Positions 37,069 through 45,976 of a stretch of 64,000 bases of DNA are shown here, one piece after another (the stretch's first letter is position 1; every line of letters starts with the position of its first letter). The notes under the pieces were generated by a model, which ran no database searches, was not told where the DNA came from, and saw nothing but the letters and a program-made list of their open reading frames with translations. Made by a program: the position numbers and the translations under genes. Location: the sequence record LR756502.1. The stretch is one strand, 5' to 3'.

Positions 37069-38031
37069 TTATAAGTCTGCAAAGAAGTCATCTTCCTCTG
37101 AAGTACCACCTGTAGTTGCCTTAGTTGCTCCTAAGTTTTCTTCAAAGTCGAAGTCACCAGATGATGGCTTTTCTGCTTTTGTAGAATTGTAATTAGAAGA
37201 AGCTTTTCCAGTCATGAAATTAATAATTTCACTTATCTTTGACTGTTGTTGGTCATCAAGTTTCTTAGGAGAATATTCTTCCAAGTCGTGATCCCTTTCA
37301 TTTAAGAAATCTTTGATTTTACCTTGAACTGATGGGTCAACTTTACCATCTACTAACGGAACGTTTTTGAAAGCTTGTTTATCTTTGAAGTATAAAGGTA
37401 ATGAAGAAGTCTCTGGTTTGAACATTGACATCTTGTAATCAGGGTATGTTTCTTCACCTGTTTGGATTTCTTTTACAACAAGAACGAAATCTTTACCAGC
37501 TGATAAATCAAATACGTTACAAGGAACGCCTGAGATTTCTCCATTTCTTTCAGCTGAAATTTTATCTTTAATTGTTTTCCCATATTGGAAAATCATAATC
37601 TTTCCAACGTGCTCTGGTTGTTGCTCATCTTCAAGAACAAGAACATAAGAGTAGTATTTTTTAGAATACTTTAACATTTTTGATTTTTCTACTAGAATTG
37701 CATTTTTTGAATTCTGCATTGTGTAGTAAAGGTCTGTAAGCGGACACTTCTCATTGAAGTTCTTTGGTGAATCAAACCAACCACTTAATTCTTTTTGATT
37801 TTTAATATCAACATAGTGAGTGATTTTCTCAATTGCTGATTGTCCAACCTTACCGTCTTTGGTTAAGTTAGGTAGAAATCTTACTACTGATCTCCATCCT
37901 CTTTTTTTGTCTTTTGCTAGAGCCATACTAACTCTATAAATTCCATCATTGTTTGTTTTTGCTTGTTCGTTTAGAAAGTCCATCTTTGTGTCCAAACTGC
38001 CGTTAAACAAGTCATCATTTAATTCTGCCAT
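37069..38031 (-). CDS. Single-stranded DNA-binding protein, T4 gp32-like
   Basis: VVRFLP, EKCPL, GKIMIFQYGKTIKDKI, VFDL..GKDFVL, YPDY..S.F, acidic tail EEDDFFADL. Confidence 0.85.
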   Translation of the reverse strand: MAELNDDLFNGSLDTKMDFLNEQAKTNNDGIYRVSMALAKDKKRGWRSVVRFLPNLTKDGKVGQSAIEKITHYVDIKNQKELSGWFDSPKNFNEKCPLTDLYYTMQNSKNAILVEKSKMLKYSKKYYSYVLVLEDEQQPEHVGKIMIFQYGKTIKDKISAERNGEISGVPCNVFDLSAGKDFVLVVKEIQTGEETYPDYKMSMFKPETSSLPLYFKDKQAFKNVPLVDGKVDPSVQGKIKDFLNERDHDLEEYSPKKLDDQQQSKISEIINFMTGKASSNYNSTKAEKPSSGDFDFEENLGATKATTGGTSEEDDFFADL

Positions 38032-38080
38032 TATTGCCGATTAATTTTGTTATATCAAGTGTTTTACGACTTAATTAGTA

Positions 38081-38107
38081 ATTATATAGGCTGATTAGGA
38101 AAAGTTT
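38081..38107 (-). promoter_or_regulatory. Putative middle-type promoter AAACTT-N15-TATAAT upstream of ssb
   Basis: Read on the minus strand. Confidence 0.5.
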
Positions 38108-38135
38108 AGAAAAAATTAGTGTAATTGAAAAAAAA

Positions 38136-39035
38136 TTATATATTAAGTAGAATCTTTAGTGTATACTCCGATGTGTCTACATTATCATTGAATTTCCTAT
38201 CAAATCGAGATTGATCAAATATAACTTCCTTATAATCTATATCATGTAGTATAGATGGTAGTACGTCATCCAGTTTTGATTCTATTTCTCTAAGGTTAAA
38301 TACTCCAGTAGCCATACTATCGGAGTGTCCTCCAATGTTTATAGTGACTGATGGTTGATACATATCAAGGAATAGGTTAATATCATATTTTTTCTTTTTG
38401 GATATATCGATATCATATCCTCCTGATGTTTTTGTAATATTGTGATGTGGTTTGATATAGTTGTCAATATTAAAGTTTTGACATTGATATTTTTTATCTG
38501 TTACGAAACACTCATCTTTGCCTGTTCTTAGAAGAGCATTTGACCTCCAACCACCAATAAATAGAGTTGGTAATATCATTTCTTTTATTATGTGTATTAT
38601 TACTCTAAATTTATTAACTTCATTACACTTTGGTATGTATATGGATCCACTAAATTTCCTACTTAGTAAGCTGTTGTATTTTTCTATATCACCATAGAGA
38701 ACAGCGAGAGATGTATGCTTTTTCTTACCTTCTGGTATCTCATCATAGACATCATACATTCTATCATTTATGTAATCAGTATCTACTTTTTTAAGTGAGT
38801 TAAATATGTTCTCAACATGGTTTGATATTTTATCAAACCACCCATCACCAATGAAATGATCGGTCCACATTTTAATACTATTAATATTTACTTTTGATCC
38901 TTCTGGATTTGTCATCCATTCATAACTTTTTAAGTCTTCAGACCAATCGTATATAGAATAATCATGTTGATTACCATCAGGAATTTTTTTATCAGATTCC
39001 AAAAATAAGCTATATGTTTTAATCTTCATATTCAC
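38136..39035 (-). CDS. Hypothetical protein with capsid-targeting-like leader (MKIKTYSLFLES)
   Basis: ORF track; leader shared with neighbours. Confidence 0.65.
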   Translation of the reverse strand: MNMKIKTYSLFLESDKKIPDGNQHDYSIYDWSEDLKSYEWMTNPEGSKVNINSIKMWTDHFIGDGWFDKISNHVENIFNSLKKVDTDYINDRMYDVYDEIPEGKKKHTSLAVLYGDIEKYNSLLSRKFSGSIYIPKCNEVNKFRVIIHIIKEMILPTLFIGGWRSNALLRTGKDECFVTDKKYQCQNFNIDNYIKPHHNITKTSGGYDIDISKKKKYDINLFLDMYQPSVTINIGGHSDSMATGVFNLREIESKLDDVLPSILHDIDYKEVIFDQSRFDRKFNDNVDTSEYTLKILLNI

Positions 39036-39771
39036 TTTTCTTTAATTTGAATACTTCTATATCAACAAAGCAATAACCACCAGTACTACTACCCCTTGAC
39101 ATTATTAACCCATATCCCATCGATCTTAACTCTTTTTTTAATCCATCCGATAATTCATCATATATTTCACTATCTCTAGATGAAAACAATACAAGTTGTT
39201 GATTGTATTCTGAATATGACCTGATAGATAGTATTTTATTGTATCTATTGCCTATTATGCGATCTTGTAACTCATAATACTCATATTTAGAGTTGGTGGT
39301 AAAACTAAAAAAACAATTAACCATCCTATTTATATTTGATCTGGAGTCTACGATTTTAGCAAATGTCTTACACCTTTCAATACAGTCTTTTACCTGAATT
39401 GCAATCTCTCTTGATTCACCATTAGTATATATAACATTGAACAAGTCGCTATGTATCTTTACTGTTATTGATTTTTCAACTTCCTTTTCATACTGTCTAT
39501 ACTTTTTTTCGGTATAATTATTACTGATTCTATGATCATATAAATATCTTTCAAAATTTATATCAATATCCGGGAATTCGTATCCTATTTCTCTGAAAAT
39601 ATCTTCTATACTGGATATGGTTTCATCTGACTCCTTTTTGAATTGATCTCTTGATTCTATACCAATATCAGCTAGATGTTTTTCTATAACTTCAAGCACT
39701 TCTCCTTCTAACTCAACTTTTGTTAAGTCTTCTGTCTTTACTATAGCTTCGAAGTATTTAATGTATTTCAT
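39019..39771 (-). CDS. Hypothetical protein with leader MKYIKYFEA
   Basis: True start probably 39771 (1 nt after upstream stop) rather than 39792. Confidence 0.65.
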   Translation of the reverse strand: MKYIKYFEAIVKTEDLTKVELEGEVLEVIEKHLADIGIESRDQFKKESDETISSIEDIFREIGYEFPDIDINFERYLYDHRISNNYTEKKYRQYEKEVEKSITVKIHSDLFNVIYTNGESREIAIQVKDCIERCKTFAKIVDSRSNINRMVNCFFSFTTNSKYEYYELQDRIIGNRYNKILSIRSYSEYNQQLVLFSSRDSEIYDELSDGLKKELRSMGYGLIMSRGSSTGGYCFVDIEVFKLKKSEYED

Positions 39772-39772
39772 T

Positions 39773-40312
39773 CTAGAAATATATTTTCTCACCTTCTGGT
39801 GTTGAGTATTTTATCCTACCAATATCTTTAATTGTGTATTTATAATTTGGATTAGCATATTTCTTACCAGTGCCCTTTTTAACATAAGCTAGTGTTATGT
39901 GTGGGTGGTATGTTGGATATTGATCAGAGTTTGGTAATTTTTTTAACTCATCATGTAATTCCTGTAGAGCTCCATCTGGAACTACATTTAACTTAACAAC
40001 ATCAAATTCCTCATTTTCAAATACACCAACACCATCTATCTCAACATGTATATCTCCGTGAAAATTATCAAATATTGACTTAACTTCCTCTTTTGTTACT
40101 CCCTTGTTTAGACCATATAATATTGTTACATGTGGGTTTGTTTCAACTCCATGTGATGGATCTTCTGGTAGATAAACATCATTTGCATCTATTGATGATA
40201 CTAACTCATCCCAATTAGATATATTTAGCTCTATCATCACACATCCATATTGGTATAGATTGCCTGGTTTCTCCTTACTCTCTTTCATGAATTCTAAGTA
40301 TTTTTTAATCAT
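39773..40312 (-). CDS. 2H phosphoesterase (Acb1/T4 57B-like), leader MIKKYLEFMKES
   Basis: Two HxT motifs: PHVTILYG and YHPHITLAY. Confidence 0.8.
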   Translation of the reverse strand: MIKKYLEFMKESKEKPGNLYQYGCVMIELNISNWDELVSSIDANDVYLPEDPSHGVETNPHVTILYGLNKGVTKEEVKSIFDNFHGDIHVEIDGVGVFENEEFDVVKLNVVPDGALQELHDELKKLPNSDQYPTYHPHITLAYVKKGTGKKYANPNYKYTIKDIGRIKYSTPEGEKIYF

Positions 40313-40313
40313 A

Positions 40314-40697
40314 TTAATCTACTTTTTTAAAATCAAACTGTATGCTATATATATAGTTTCTTTTAAATAAATTTATAACCTTATTATAGACATTGCTGTT
40401 ATTGGAAATATGTTTCTGTTGGTATCTTTTACTATTGTTGTAGTGTGTAATCATATCACATGTGCCTGTGAATTGTATCTTCCATCTATCTTCCATCATG
40501 CTTAATAACTGTATTATAGACCCCTTTATATCTGATACCTCAAAAATCTCTCCTCCCTTATCTATAAAAACTGAAAGTTTTGTTCCATCCTCTATTACCT
40601 GTATATCAAATTCATCGTCTGATAAGTAAGCCAGTATTTCTTTGACTTCCGTTACTATATCATTTTTTATAGATTCAAATAATTTAATATACTTCAT
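40314..40697 (-). CDS. Hypothetical protein, leader MKYIKLFES
   Basis: 127-aa ORF, paralogous to 40697-41134. Confidence 0.65.
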   Translation of the reverse strand: MKYIKLFESIKNDIVTEVKEILAYLSDDEFDIQVIEDGTKLSVFIDKGGEIFEVSDIKGSIIQLLSMMEDRWKIQFTGTCDMITHYNNSKRYQQKHISNNSNVYNKVINLFKRNYIYSIQFDFKKVD

Positions 40698-41134
40698 TAA
40701 AGTATCTCATTTTTTATAAATTCTAACTCTAAACTAACTATATCTATATCTCTATCTATAAACCATATATACTCATCCATGTCTTTTATTCCATATTTAC
40801 CCCAACTGCTACTTGATGTCTGTGATGATATTGTTAGAATTCTCCATCTATCATCTATCATCTTGTATAGCCTTCCTAACTCATCTTTAATATATGATAA
40901 TTTGAATGTGTCAAGAGTAGTAGTTGGATCTTCCTTTTTATAGTTTGTAAATGGCTTTTTTATGAATACTACAAAGTGACTTGGCGGCAAAAAGGCATTT
41001 CTTGCCCCGTTTCTATGATTAACATCTATATCAACTACAAACCCATCATCCCTTAACTCTGATAGTATTTCACCTACTTCGGATATCAATTCATTTTTAT
41101 TGGATATTGATTCGAATGTCATAATATATTTCAT
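40697..41134 (-). CDS. Hypothetical protein, leader MKYIMTFES
   Basis: 145-aa ORF directly behind late-type motif. Confidence 0.65.
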   Translation of the reverse strand: MKYIMTFESISNKNELISEVGEILSELRDDGFVVDIDVNHRNGARNAFLPPSHFVVFIKKPFTNYKKEDPTTTLDTFKLSYIKDELGRLYKMIDDRWRILTISSQTSSSSWGKYGIKDMDEYIWFIDRDIDIVSLELEFIKNEIL

Positions 41135-41139
41135 CTAAG

Positions 41140-41147
41140 TATATATT
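41140..41147 (-). promoter_or_regulatory. Putative late promoter AATATATA
   Basis: 5 nt upstream of 41134, heading five leader-tagged genes. Confidence 0.5.
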
Positions 41148-41157
41148 TTAATTTTAT

Positions 41158-41188
41158 GTTGATAATATGAAAAAGATTTATACCTTTG
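41158..41188 (+). promoter_or_regulatory. Bacteroidota-type promoter GTTG-N19-TACCTTTG
   Basis: Matches -33/-7 consensus and spacing; upstream of 41208. Confidence 0.55.
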
Positions 41189-41207
41189 TATAAAATTATA
41201 TTTAATT

Positions 41208-41402
41208 ATGGCTAGAGAAAGTGATATTATTAAGTTGGAAAAGGAAATAAGAGCTAAAATGATGCAGATAAAAAACAAGAGCGTTACTCCAAAGGACTCT
41301 GGAATTGGTAAGATTATTAATCTTATGAAATCATTTGACGAGCCTCTATATGATAAGCTAATGAATGAGTACAAGAAAGTATTAGAAAGAATAAAAGATT
41401 AG
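41208..41402 (+). CDS. Small hypothetical protein
   Basis: 64-aa ORF with own promoter. Confidence 0.6.
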   Translation: MARESDIIKLEKEIRAKMMQIKNKSVTPKDSGIGKIINLMKSFDEPLYDKLMNEYKKVLERIKD

Positions 41403-41926
41403 ATTTTCTTACCATGGTCACCTTTTCTAAATGGTGATATTAAGTGCTTCAGATTCCAATTTGGAGTAAATGATTTGTTCTTTTTCTCAAAGTCCTCGTA
41501 TGATTCGATTCCAGTATCAACTGGGTTATGAATATAGGCAATATTTGCACCTTGTTTATTCATATCAGAAACTCTATCACCGATATCAGTTCCTTTTGAA
41601 AGCTTTCTTAGTTTCTTTAACTGATCCACTGTGTGTTGTCTAGGTAATGACTCATTCTTAGATCCGTTTGTTAATTCAATTGTACCATCATCATTAAACA
41701 TTGCGAACGATGTTTCATCAACAATTGCAACTTCTTTACCAACCAACTCAGGGTTTATATTATCTATACCAAATGATTTAACTTTTTTAATACCATCCTC
41801 ATCGATAACAAAGTCGAAAGAGTCTCCGTGATTATTAGCAATTAGAGCTTTAATTCTGCCTTTAACAGAGATAAATTCTGTTGCTCCTTTACCCATTGAT
41901 TTTAGTCTAGCTCTTACGATTCTCAT
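41399..41926 (-). CDS. Hypothetical protein
   Basis: 175-aa ORF behind TAATATATA (41931-41939). Confidence 0.6.
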   Translation of the reverse strand: MRIVRARLKSMGKGATEFISVKGRIKALIANNHGDSFDFVIDEDGIKKVKSFGIDNINPELVGKEVAIVDETSFAMFNDDGTIELTNGSKNESLPRQHTVDQLKKLRKLSKGTDIGDRVSDMNKQGANIAYIHNPVDTGIESYEDFEKKNKSFTPNWNLKHLISPFRKGDHGKKI

Positions 41927-41940
41927 AAACTATATATTAA

Positions 41941-41973
41941 AAATAAAACCCACTTTTTTAAGTGGGTTTATTT
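41941..41973 (-). terminator. Intrinsic terminator after nrdB
   Basis: AAATAAAACCCACTT-TTTT-AAGTGGGTTTATTT. Confidence 0.7.
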
Positions 41974-41979
41974 AATTAT

Positions 41980-42942
41980 TTAGAAATCCTCTGAGAGATT
42001 GTTAAAATCAACATCTCTATCTGATGCTTTTTGATATTCAGAAACTCTTTTCTCGAAGAAGTTGCTCTTAGATTGTAGTGATAACATATCCATAAAATCA
42101 AATGGGTTTTCTGATTTATAAACCTTAGAACAACCCAACTCAACTAACCAAAAGTCAGCTACATATTCAATATATTGTGCCATTAACTTAGCATTCATTC
42201 CTATTAGAGATACTGGTAAAGATTCTGTTATGAATTCTTTTTCAATTTCAACTGCTTCACAAATAATTTGTGTTATTCTTTCTGATGATACTTTATTTTG
42301 TACATACTTATTGTGTAATAAACATGCGAACATGCAATGTAATCCCTCATCTCTAGATATCAATTCATTGGAGAATCCTAATCCAGGCATTAATCCACGT
42401 TTCTTTAGCCAAAATATAGAACAGAATGATCCTGAGAAGAATATACCTTCGACTGCAGCAAATGCTACTAGCCTTTCTGCGAAATCATCCGAGCTAATCC
42501 ATTTAAGTGCCCAATCTGCCTTCTTCATAATTGATGGGTAGTTATCAATTGCGTGGAAAAGTTTGTCCTTTTCATCTGTGTCTTTTATATAAGTATCAAT
42601 TAGAAGAGAGTATGTTTCTGAGTGAACATTCTCTATTGCTATTTGGAATCCATAAAAACATTTTGCCTCTGGATACTGAACTTCTTTTAAGAAATTTTCA
42701 GCAAGATTCTCATTTACTATACCATCAGAAGCTGCAAAGAATGCTAATACCATTTTTATAAAATGTCTTTCATTATCATTTAGCTTATCTTCCCAATCTG
42801 TTAGATCTTGTGCAAGATCTATCTCTTCGGATGTCCAGAATGAATGTTCTGCTGTTTTGTACATTTCCCATATATCATTGTATTTTAGTGGGAATAATAC
42901 GAATCTGTCTCTGTTTTCCGTTAGTATGTGTTCTTTTTTCAT
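41980..42942 (-). CDS. nrdB: Ribonucleotide reductase class Ia beta subunit
   Basis: [57 protein letters not shown]. Confidence 0.95.
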   Translation of the reverse strand: MKKEHILTENRDRFVLFPLKYNDIWEMYKTAEHSFWTSEEIDLAQDLTDWEDKLNDNERHFIKMVLAFFAASDGIVNENLAENFLKEVQYPEAKCFYGFQIAIENVHSETYSLLIDTYIKDTDEKDKLFHAIDNYPSIMKKADWALKWISSDDFAERLVAFAAVEGIFFSGSFCSIFWLKKRGLMPGLGFSNELISRDEGLHCMFACLLHNKYVQNKVSSERITQIICEAVEIEKEFITESLPVSLIGMNAKLMAQYIEYVADFWLVELGCSKVYKSENPFDFMDMLSLQSKSNFFEKRVSEYQKASDRDVDFNNLSEDF

Positions 42943-42976
42943 ATTTATTATATCGATTATATTTTAGTTGTTTATA

Positions 42977-43007
42977 TTTGATTGCTTAGTTAAAATTCCT
43001 ATATTTG
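42977..43007 (+). promoter_or_regulatory. Bacteroidota housekeeping promoter TTTG-N19-TATATTTG
   Basis: Exact consensus and spacing; heads 43029-44339 operon. Confidence 0.65.
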
Positions 43008-43028
43008 TATAAGTTTAAATAAAAAAGT

Positions 43029-43451
43029 TTGATAATGTCTAAGAATATAATAGATAAAATTATAGAGGCGTGTTTTGCTGGAAATATAGCATTATCTCAC
43101 AAATACTATACAGATAATATACTATCTAATTTGGATGTATATAATGTATTTTTTAATGTTTTGTCAAGTGAACCATTGATTAAAAATAAAAGAATTGAGT
43201 TTATCCTAGATGGGTTAAGTACACTTGATAAGGAAACTGTTCTTCTCGCCGCTATTGATGCTACAATGACAAACCTTGATATCGAACTATATTCACTACT
43301 TGTTGATGAGTTTAATGTAAACACATCACTATTTCAAATGAGGATTGCTAGTAATATGTTGAATAAAAGAAAGATTTTTCTAAATACTGATAGAACATAT
43401 GTTGAATTTATTAGAGAAATTAAATTAAGAAGTTTATTAGATGATAAGTAG
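43029..43451 (+). CDS. Hypothetical protein, C-terminal IREIKLRSLL
   Basis: 140-aa ORF. Confidence 0.6.
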   Translation: MIMSKNIIDKIIEACFAGNIALSHKYYTDNILSNLDVYNVFFNVLSSEPLIKNKRIEFILDGLSTLDKETVLLAAIDATMTNLDIELYSLLVDEFNVNTSLFQMRIASNMLNKRKIFLNTDRTYVEFIREIKLRSLLDDK

Positions 43452-43986
43452 TTCAAAATATAAAAATCTGAATAGATTAAAGAATGCTTTAGTAACTAAC
43501 GCGTCACTGAATCAAATTGATGCATTCAAAGTTAATTATAAACTTTGTCTTTCCAACCATACTAATAAGGAGCTATTTATGTCTGAATTATTGTATTTTG
43601 CTTATAAGAATTTGTCTAAGGATGTTGTTGAGTTCCTTATAGGTGATGGAGTTAAGTGTAACTATGCTTCTTGTATTTATGATTGTAAGTATAACCTATT
43701 GGAAGATGTTTATAATTATATCAATGAAATGATTGATAAGTATGGTAGTCTTACAGATAATACTATACAAATAAATAAGTGTATGATTATAAGGAGATTA
43801 ATAGAACCTGATAAGGCAAACGTTAATAGAGACCGTATATCATACACTATTGATTTAATAAGAAAAGGATTTTTAGATCCTATCGAAGTTAAAAAAATGG
43901 CAAACGAGTTATATAAAAGTGATAAATATAAGGGCACATTTTTAATGATGACTCGCGAATTATTACTTACTGAACTGGGTATATGA
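43441..43986 (+). CDS. Hypothetical helical (ankyrin-like?) protein, C-terminal TRELLLTELG
   Basis: 181-aa ORF; VVEFLIGDGV is ankyrin-like but not repeated clearly. Confidence 0.55.
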   Translation: MISSSKYKNLNRLKNALVTNASLNQIDAFKVNYKLCLSNHTNKELFMSELLYFAYKNLSKDVVEFLIGDGVKCNYASCIYDCKYNLLEDVYNYINEMIDKYGSLTDNTIQINKCMIIRRLIEPDKANVNRDRISYTIDLIRKGFLDPIEVKKMANELYKSDKYKGTFLMMTRELLLTELGI

Positions 43987-44339
43987 CGAGAAAACTTATT
44001 ATAGGTAAAGTTGTATATGATGTTATTAAATATAAATCACATCTTAGAGAGAATCAATGGGCAAATTTTATCCCATCTTCAATAAAGATTAATATGGATG
44101 TTGAGGATTATTTGAGTCTAAAATATATCGTTGAGAAGTTCGAGGGAGATTTTAATTTTGAGTTGATAGAGGATGGTGGTGTGTATTCTTGCAACGGTAA
44201 ATTAGATAATATGATTATAACATCAAGATTTCCAAATGGTGATGTGATTTGTAAAATGGATATACTCATTTTTGGTAAGAATAAACTAGAGATAAGTGAG
44301 TCTAGGAATACTATACTTGATGATATATTAAATGTTTAA
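43983..44339 (+). CDS. Hypothetical protein, C-terminal SRNTILDDIL
   Basis: 118-aa ORF. Confidence 0.6.
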   Translation: MTRKLIIGKVVYDVIKYKSHLRENQWANFIPSSIKINMDVEDYLSLKYIVEKFEGDFNFELIEDGGVYSCNGKLDNMIITSRFPNGDVICKMDILIFGKNKLEISESRNTILDDILNV

Positions 44340-44343
44340 AAGT

Positions 44344-44374
44344 GAAAAACAGGAGTAGCGAATTCCTGTTTTTC
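44344..44374. terminator. Bidirectional intrinsic terminator
   Basis: GAAAAACAGGA-GTAGCGAAT-TCCTGTTTTTC. Confidence 0.75.
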
Positions 44375-44424
44375 TGTGGTTTGTAACCATTCCGGTCCTA
44401 AAGGGGACTATTGTCCCACCGGAT
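44344..44424 (-). ncRNA. Candidate ~80-nt small structured RNA downstream of HNH gene
   Basis: TCCGGT/ACCGGA enclosing GGGAC/GTCCC, then TGGTT/AACCA hairpin, then terminator; TAATATATA at 44429-44437 on the minus strand just upstream. Confidence 0.4.
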
Positions 44425-44434
44425 ATAATATATA

Positions 44435-44986
44435 TTAAAAGTCTAACCTATCCTTTTTATCAACTATATTTACTTTACTATCTAGTGGTTGGTAATTGGT
44501 ATAATGATGTAATTTTATTATTTCCTCTTCGTTTTTAGCACTTGATATTGGTATTATGTGATCGAAGTGCCAAGTTTCTTGATATCTACCCGTATATTGT
44601 CCGTGATTCCCCCAATCCATCCACGGCTCAAACTTAGACTCAATGTGTATCTTAAACTCATCATATGAGCATCCCAGTATCTCATATGTTCTTGATTTTT
44701 TGCTGAAGAATTTTTCTCTCAAACAACTTCTTAGAGATCCTCCAATATTATCTCTTATTTTATATAGAATATTGTTGCGTCTTCTTTTCTTAAAATATTC
44801 CTTCCTGCTTTTATATATTCTACTTTTCTTATATTCTAAATATGACTCTCTGTATTCCTTTGTTTTCCTATACTCCTTTTTCTCATCAGACATACATTTA
44901 ATACAAACTGTTCTGTATCCACTTTTCTTTTTATAGAAATCACTCGTCAATTCTTTTTCAATTTTACACTTATTGCAGGTTCTCAT
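44435..44986 (-). CDS. Free-standing HNH homing endonuclease
   Basis: CNKC...CIKC, EILGC, WHFDHIIPISSA, LHHYTNYQPL; same family as 36330 gene. Confidence 0.85.
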   Translation of the reverse strand: MRTCNKCKIEKELTSDFYKKKSGYRTVCIKCMSDEKKEYRKTKEYRESYLEYKKSRIYKSRKEYFKKRRRNNILYKIRDNIGGSLRSCLREKFFSKKSRTYEILGCSYDEFKIHIESKFEPWMDWGNHGQYTGRYQETWHFDHIIPISSAKNEEEIIKLHHYTNYQPLDSKVNIVDKKDRLDF

Positions 44987-45119
44987 TATTGTTATACTTT
45001 TCTATCAAGTGTTTTATTAGCTGTGTATATGATAATTTTTTACCTATCTTAATTATTTGAGCATCCATTAAATCCTTTATTTCAGATTTGATCATTATTG
45101 ATTTGTATTTTTTATCCAT
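44970..45119 (-). CDS. 49-aa ribbon-helix-helix-like DNA-binding protein (not in ORF track)
   Basis: Translated by hand: MDKKYKSIMIKSEIKDLMDAQIIKIGKKLSYTQLIKHLIEKYNNNENLQ; alternating beta motif KSIMI then two helices; overlaps HNH start. Confidence 0.55.
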   Translation of the reverse strand: MDKKYKSIMIKSEIKDLMDAQIIKIGKKLSYTQLIKHLIEKYNNNENLQ

Positions 45120-45139
45120 AATATATATATTATGGATAA
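45112..45139. promoter_or_regulatory. Perfect 28-bp palindrome, candidate operator
   Basis: TTATCCATAATATATATATTATGGATAA covers the start codon of the 45119 gene. Confidence 0.55.
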
Positions 45140-45162
45140 TTGTCTTCCTTGGATAATTTTTG

Positions 45163-45170
45163 TATATTTG
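45163..45170 (+). promoter_or_regulatory. Bacteroidota-type -7 element TATATTTG (TTG 20 nt upstream)
   Basis: Immediately upstream of 45175. Confidence 0.5.
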
Positions 45171-45174
45171 TCAT

Positions 45175-45327
45175 ATGTTAATCAAAAATTACAATAATAT
45201 CCAAATTTACAGTGATGTCGAATTTAGAAGAAGAAGAATAAGGCATACGTTTGAGAAGGATAAGGAGTGGGATCTTAAAAAATATATTAGAAATGAGAAA
45301 TTAAATAAACTTTTGGTAGTTAAGTAA
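45175..45327 (+). CDS. 50-aa protein, C-terminal IRNEKLNKLL (not in ORF track)
   Basis: Translated by hand: MLIKNYNNIQIYSDVEFRRRRIRHTFEKDKEWDLKKYIRNEKLNKLLVVK. Confidence 0.55.
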   Translation: MLIKNYNNIQIYSDVEFRRRRIRHTFEKDKEWDLKKYIRNEKLNKLLVVK

Positions 45328-45362
45328 CTAAAACAATCTGTAACTTAAATAACTAAGATAAT

Positions 45363-45671
45363 ATGAAACACGAGATTAAGATTGAATTTACGGATTCGAA
45401 ATCACTTCAAGCATTAATTGAGAAGGCATACTTTGAGCAAGGTACAATGGGTAGAATTAAAGGACAGGATCACTTCCTTAGAATAGATGAAAGTGATGAT
45501 GTTTTGCATACAGTATTCAAAGGACTAAATAACGCGACAGTTAAAATACTTAACGATGACCTAATTGAAGGTAGTATGAGATTCCTAATAGATGAAACAA
45601 GTGGTGAGATACGAATCTATGCTGTTTCAATATTCTGTGTCAAAGACGAAGATAAATACTCATTTTACTAA
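45363..45671 (+). CDS. Hypothetical protein
   Basis: 102-aa ORF. Confidence 0.6.
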   Translation: MKHEIKIEFTDSKSLQALIEKAYFEQGTMGRIKGQDHFLRIDESDDVLHTVFKGLNNATVKILNDDLIEGSMRFLIDETSGEIRIYAVSIFCVKDEDKYSFY

Positions 45672-45850
45672 TGGGAAGATCTAGTAGACTAAGAAAATCA
45701 ATCAAGGAAAGGGATAGAGAAAGATCAAATTCTATTCCCATAATCTCTAAAGAGAAGAAAGAGGATACGTCTACTTGTCTATTCTGTGGAGTTGAGTATT
45801 CATCACTACACGTTTGTAATAATATGTTTAATAACATTAATCAAATTTAA
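45671..45850 (+). CDS. 59-aa basic protein with CxxC...HxC motif (not in ORF track)
   Basis: TAATG overlap with upstream stop; MGRSSRLRK...TCLFCGVEYSSLHVC. Confidence 0.5.
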   Translation: MGRSSRLRKSIKERDRERSNSIPIISKEKKEDTSTCLFCGVEYSSLHVCNNMFNNINQI

Positions 45851-45853
45851 AAT

Positions 45854-45967
45854 ATGAAAAAAATTTACGATTACTTCTTTAAGAAGAAAGATGGTGAGAC
45901 ACTATCACTTGGTTGGATAATTATATTTGGATCATTGTTGATAATTGCACTTTTACTACAAAAATAA
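45854..45967 (+). CDS. 37-aa single-pass membrane peptide (not in ORF track)
   Basis: MKKIYDYFFKKKDGETLSLGWIIIFGSLLIIALLLQK. Confidence 0.45.
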   Translation: MKKIYDYFFKKKDGETLSLGWIIIFGSLLIIALLLQK

Positions 45968-45976
45968 TAATTTTCT

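Noticed and set aside
36330-44986. HNH genes as group I intron ORFs
   Set aside because: Neither interrupts a recognisable host gene; no complete P7 (R/S) core identified, only a partial AATAGTCC near 44410.
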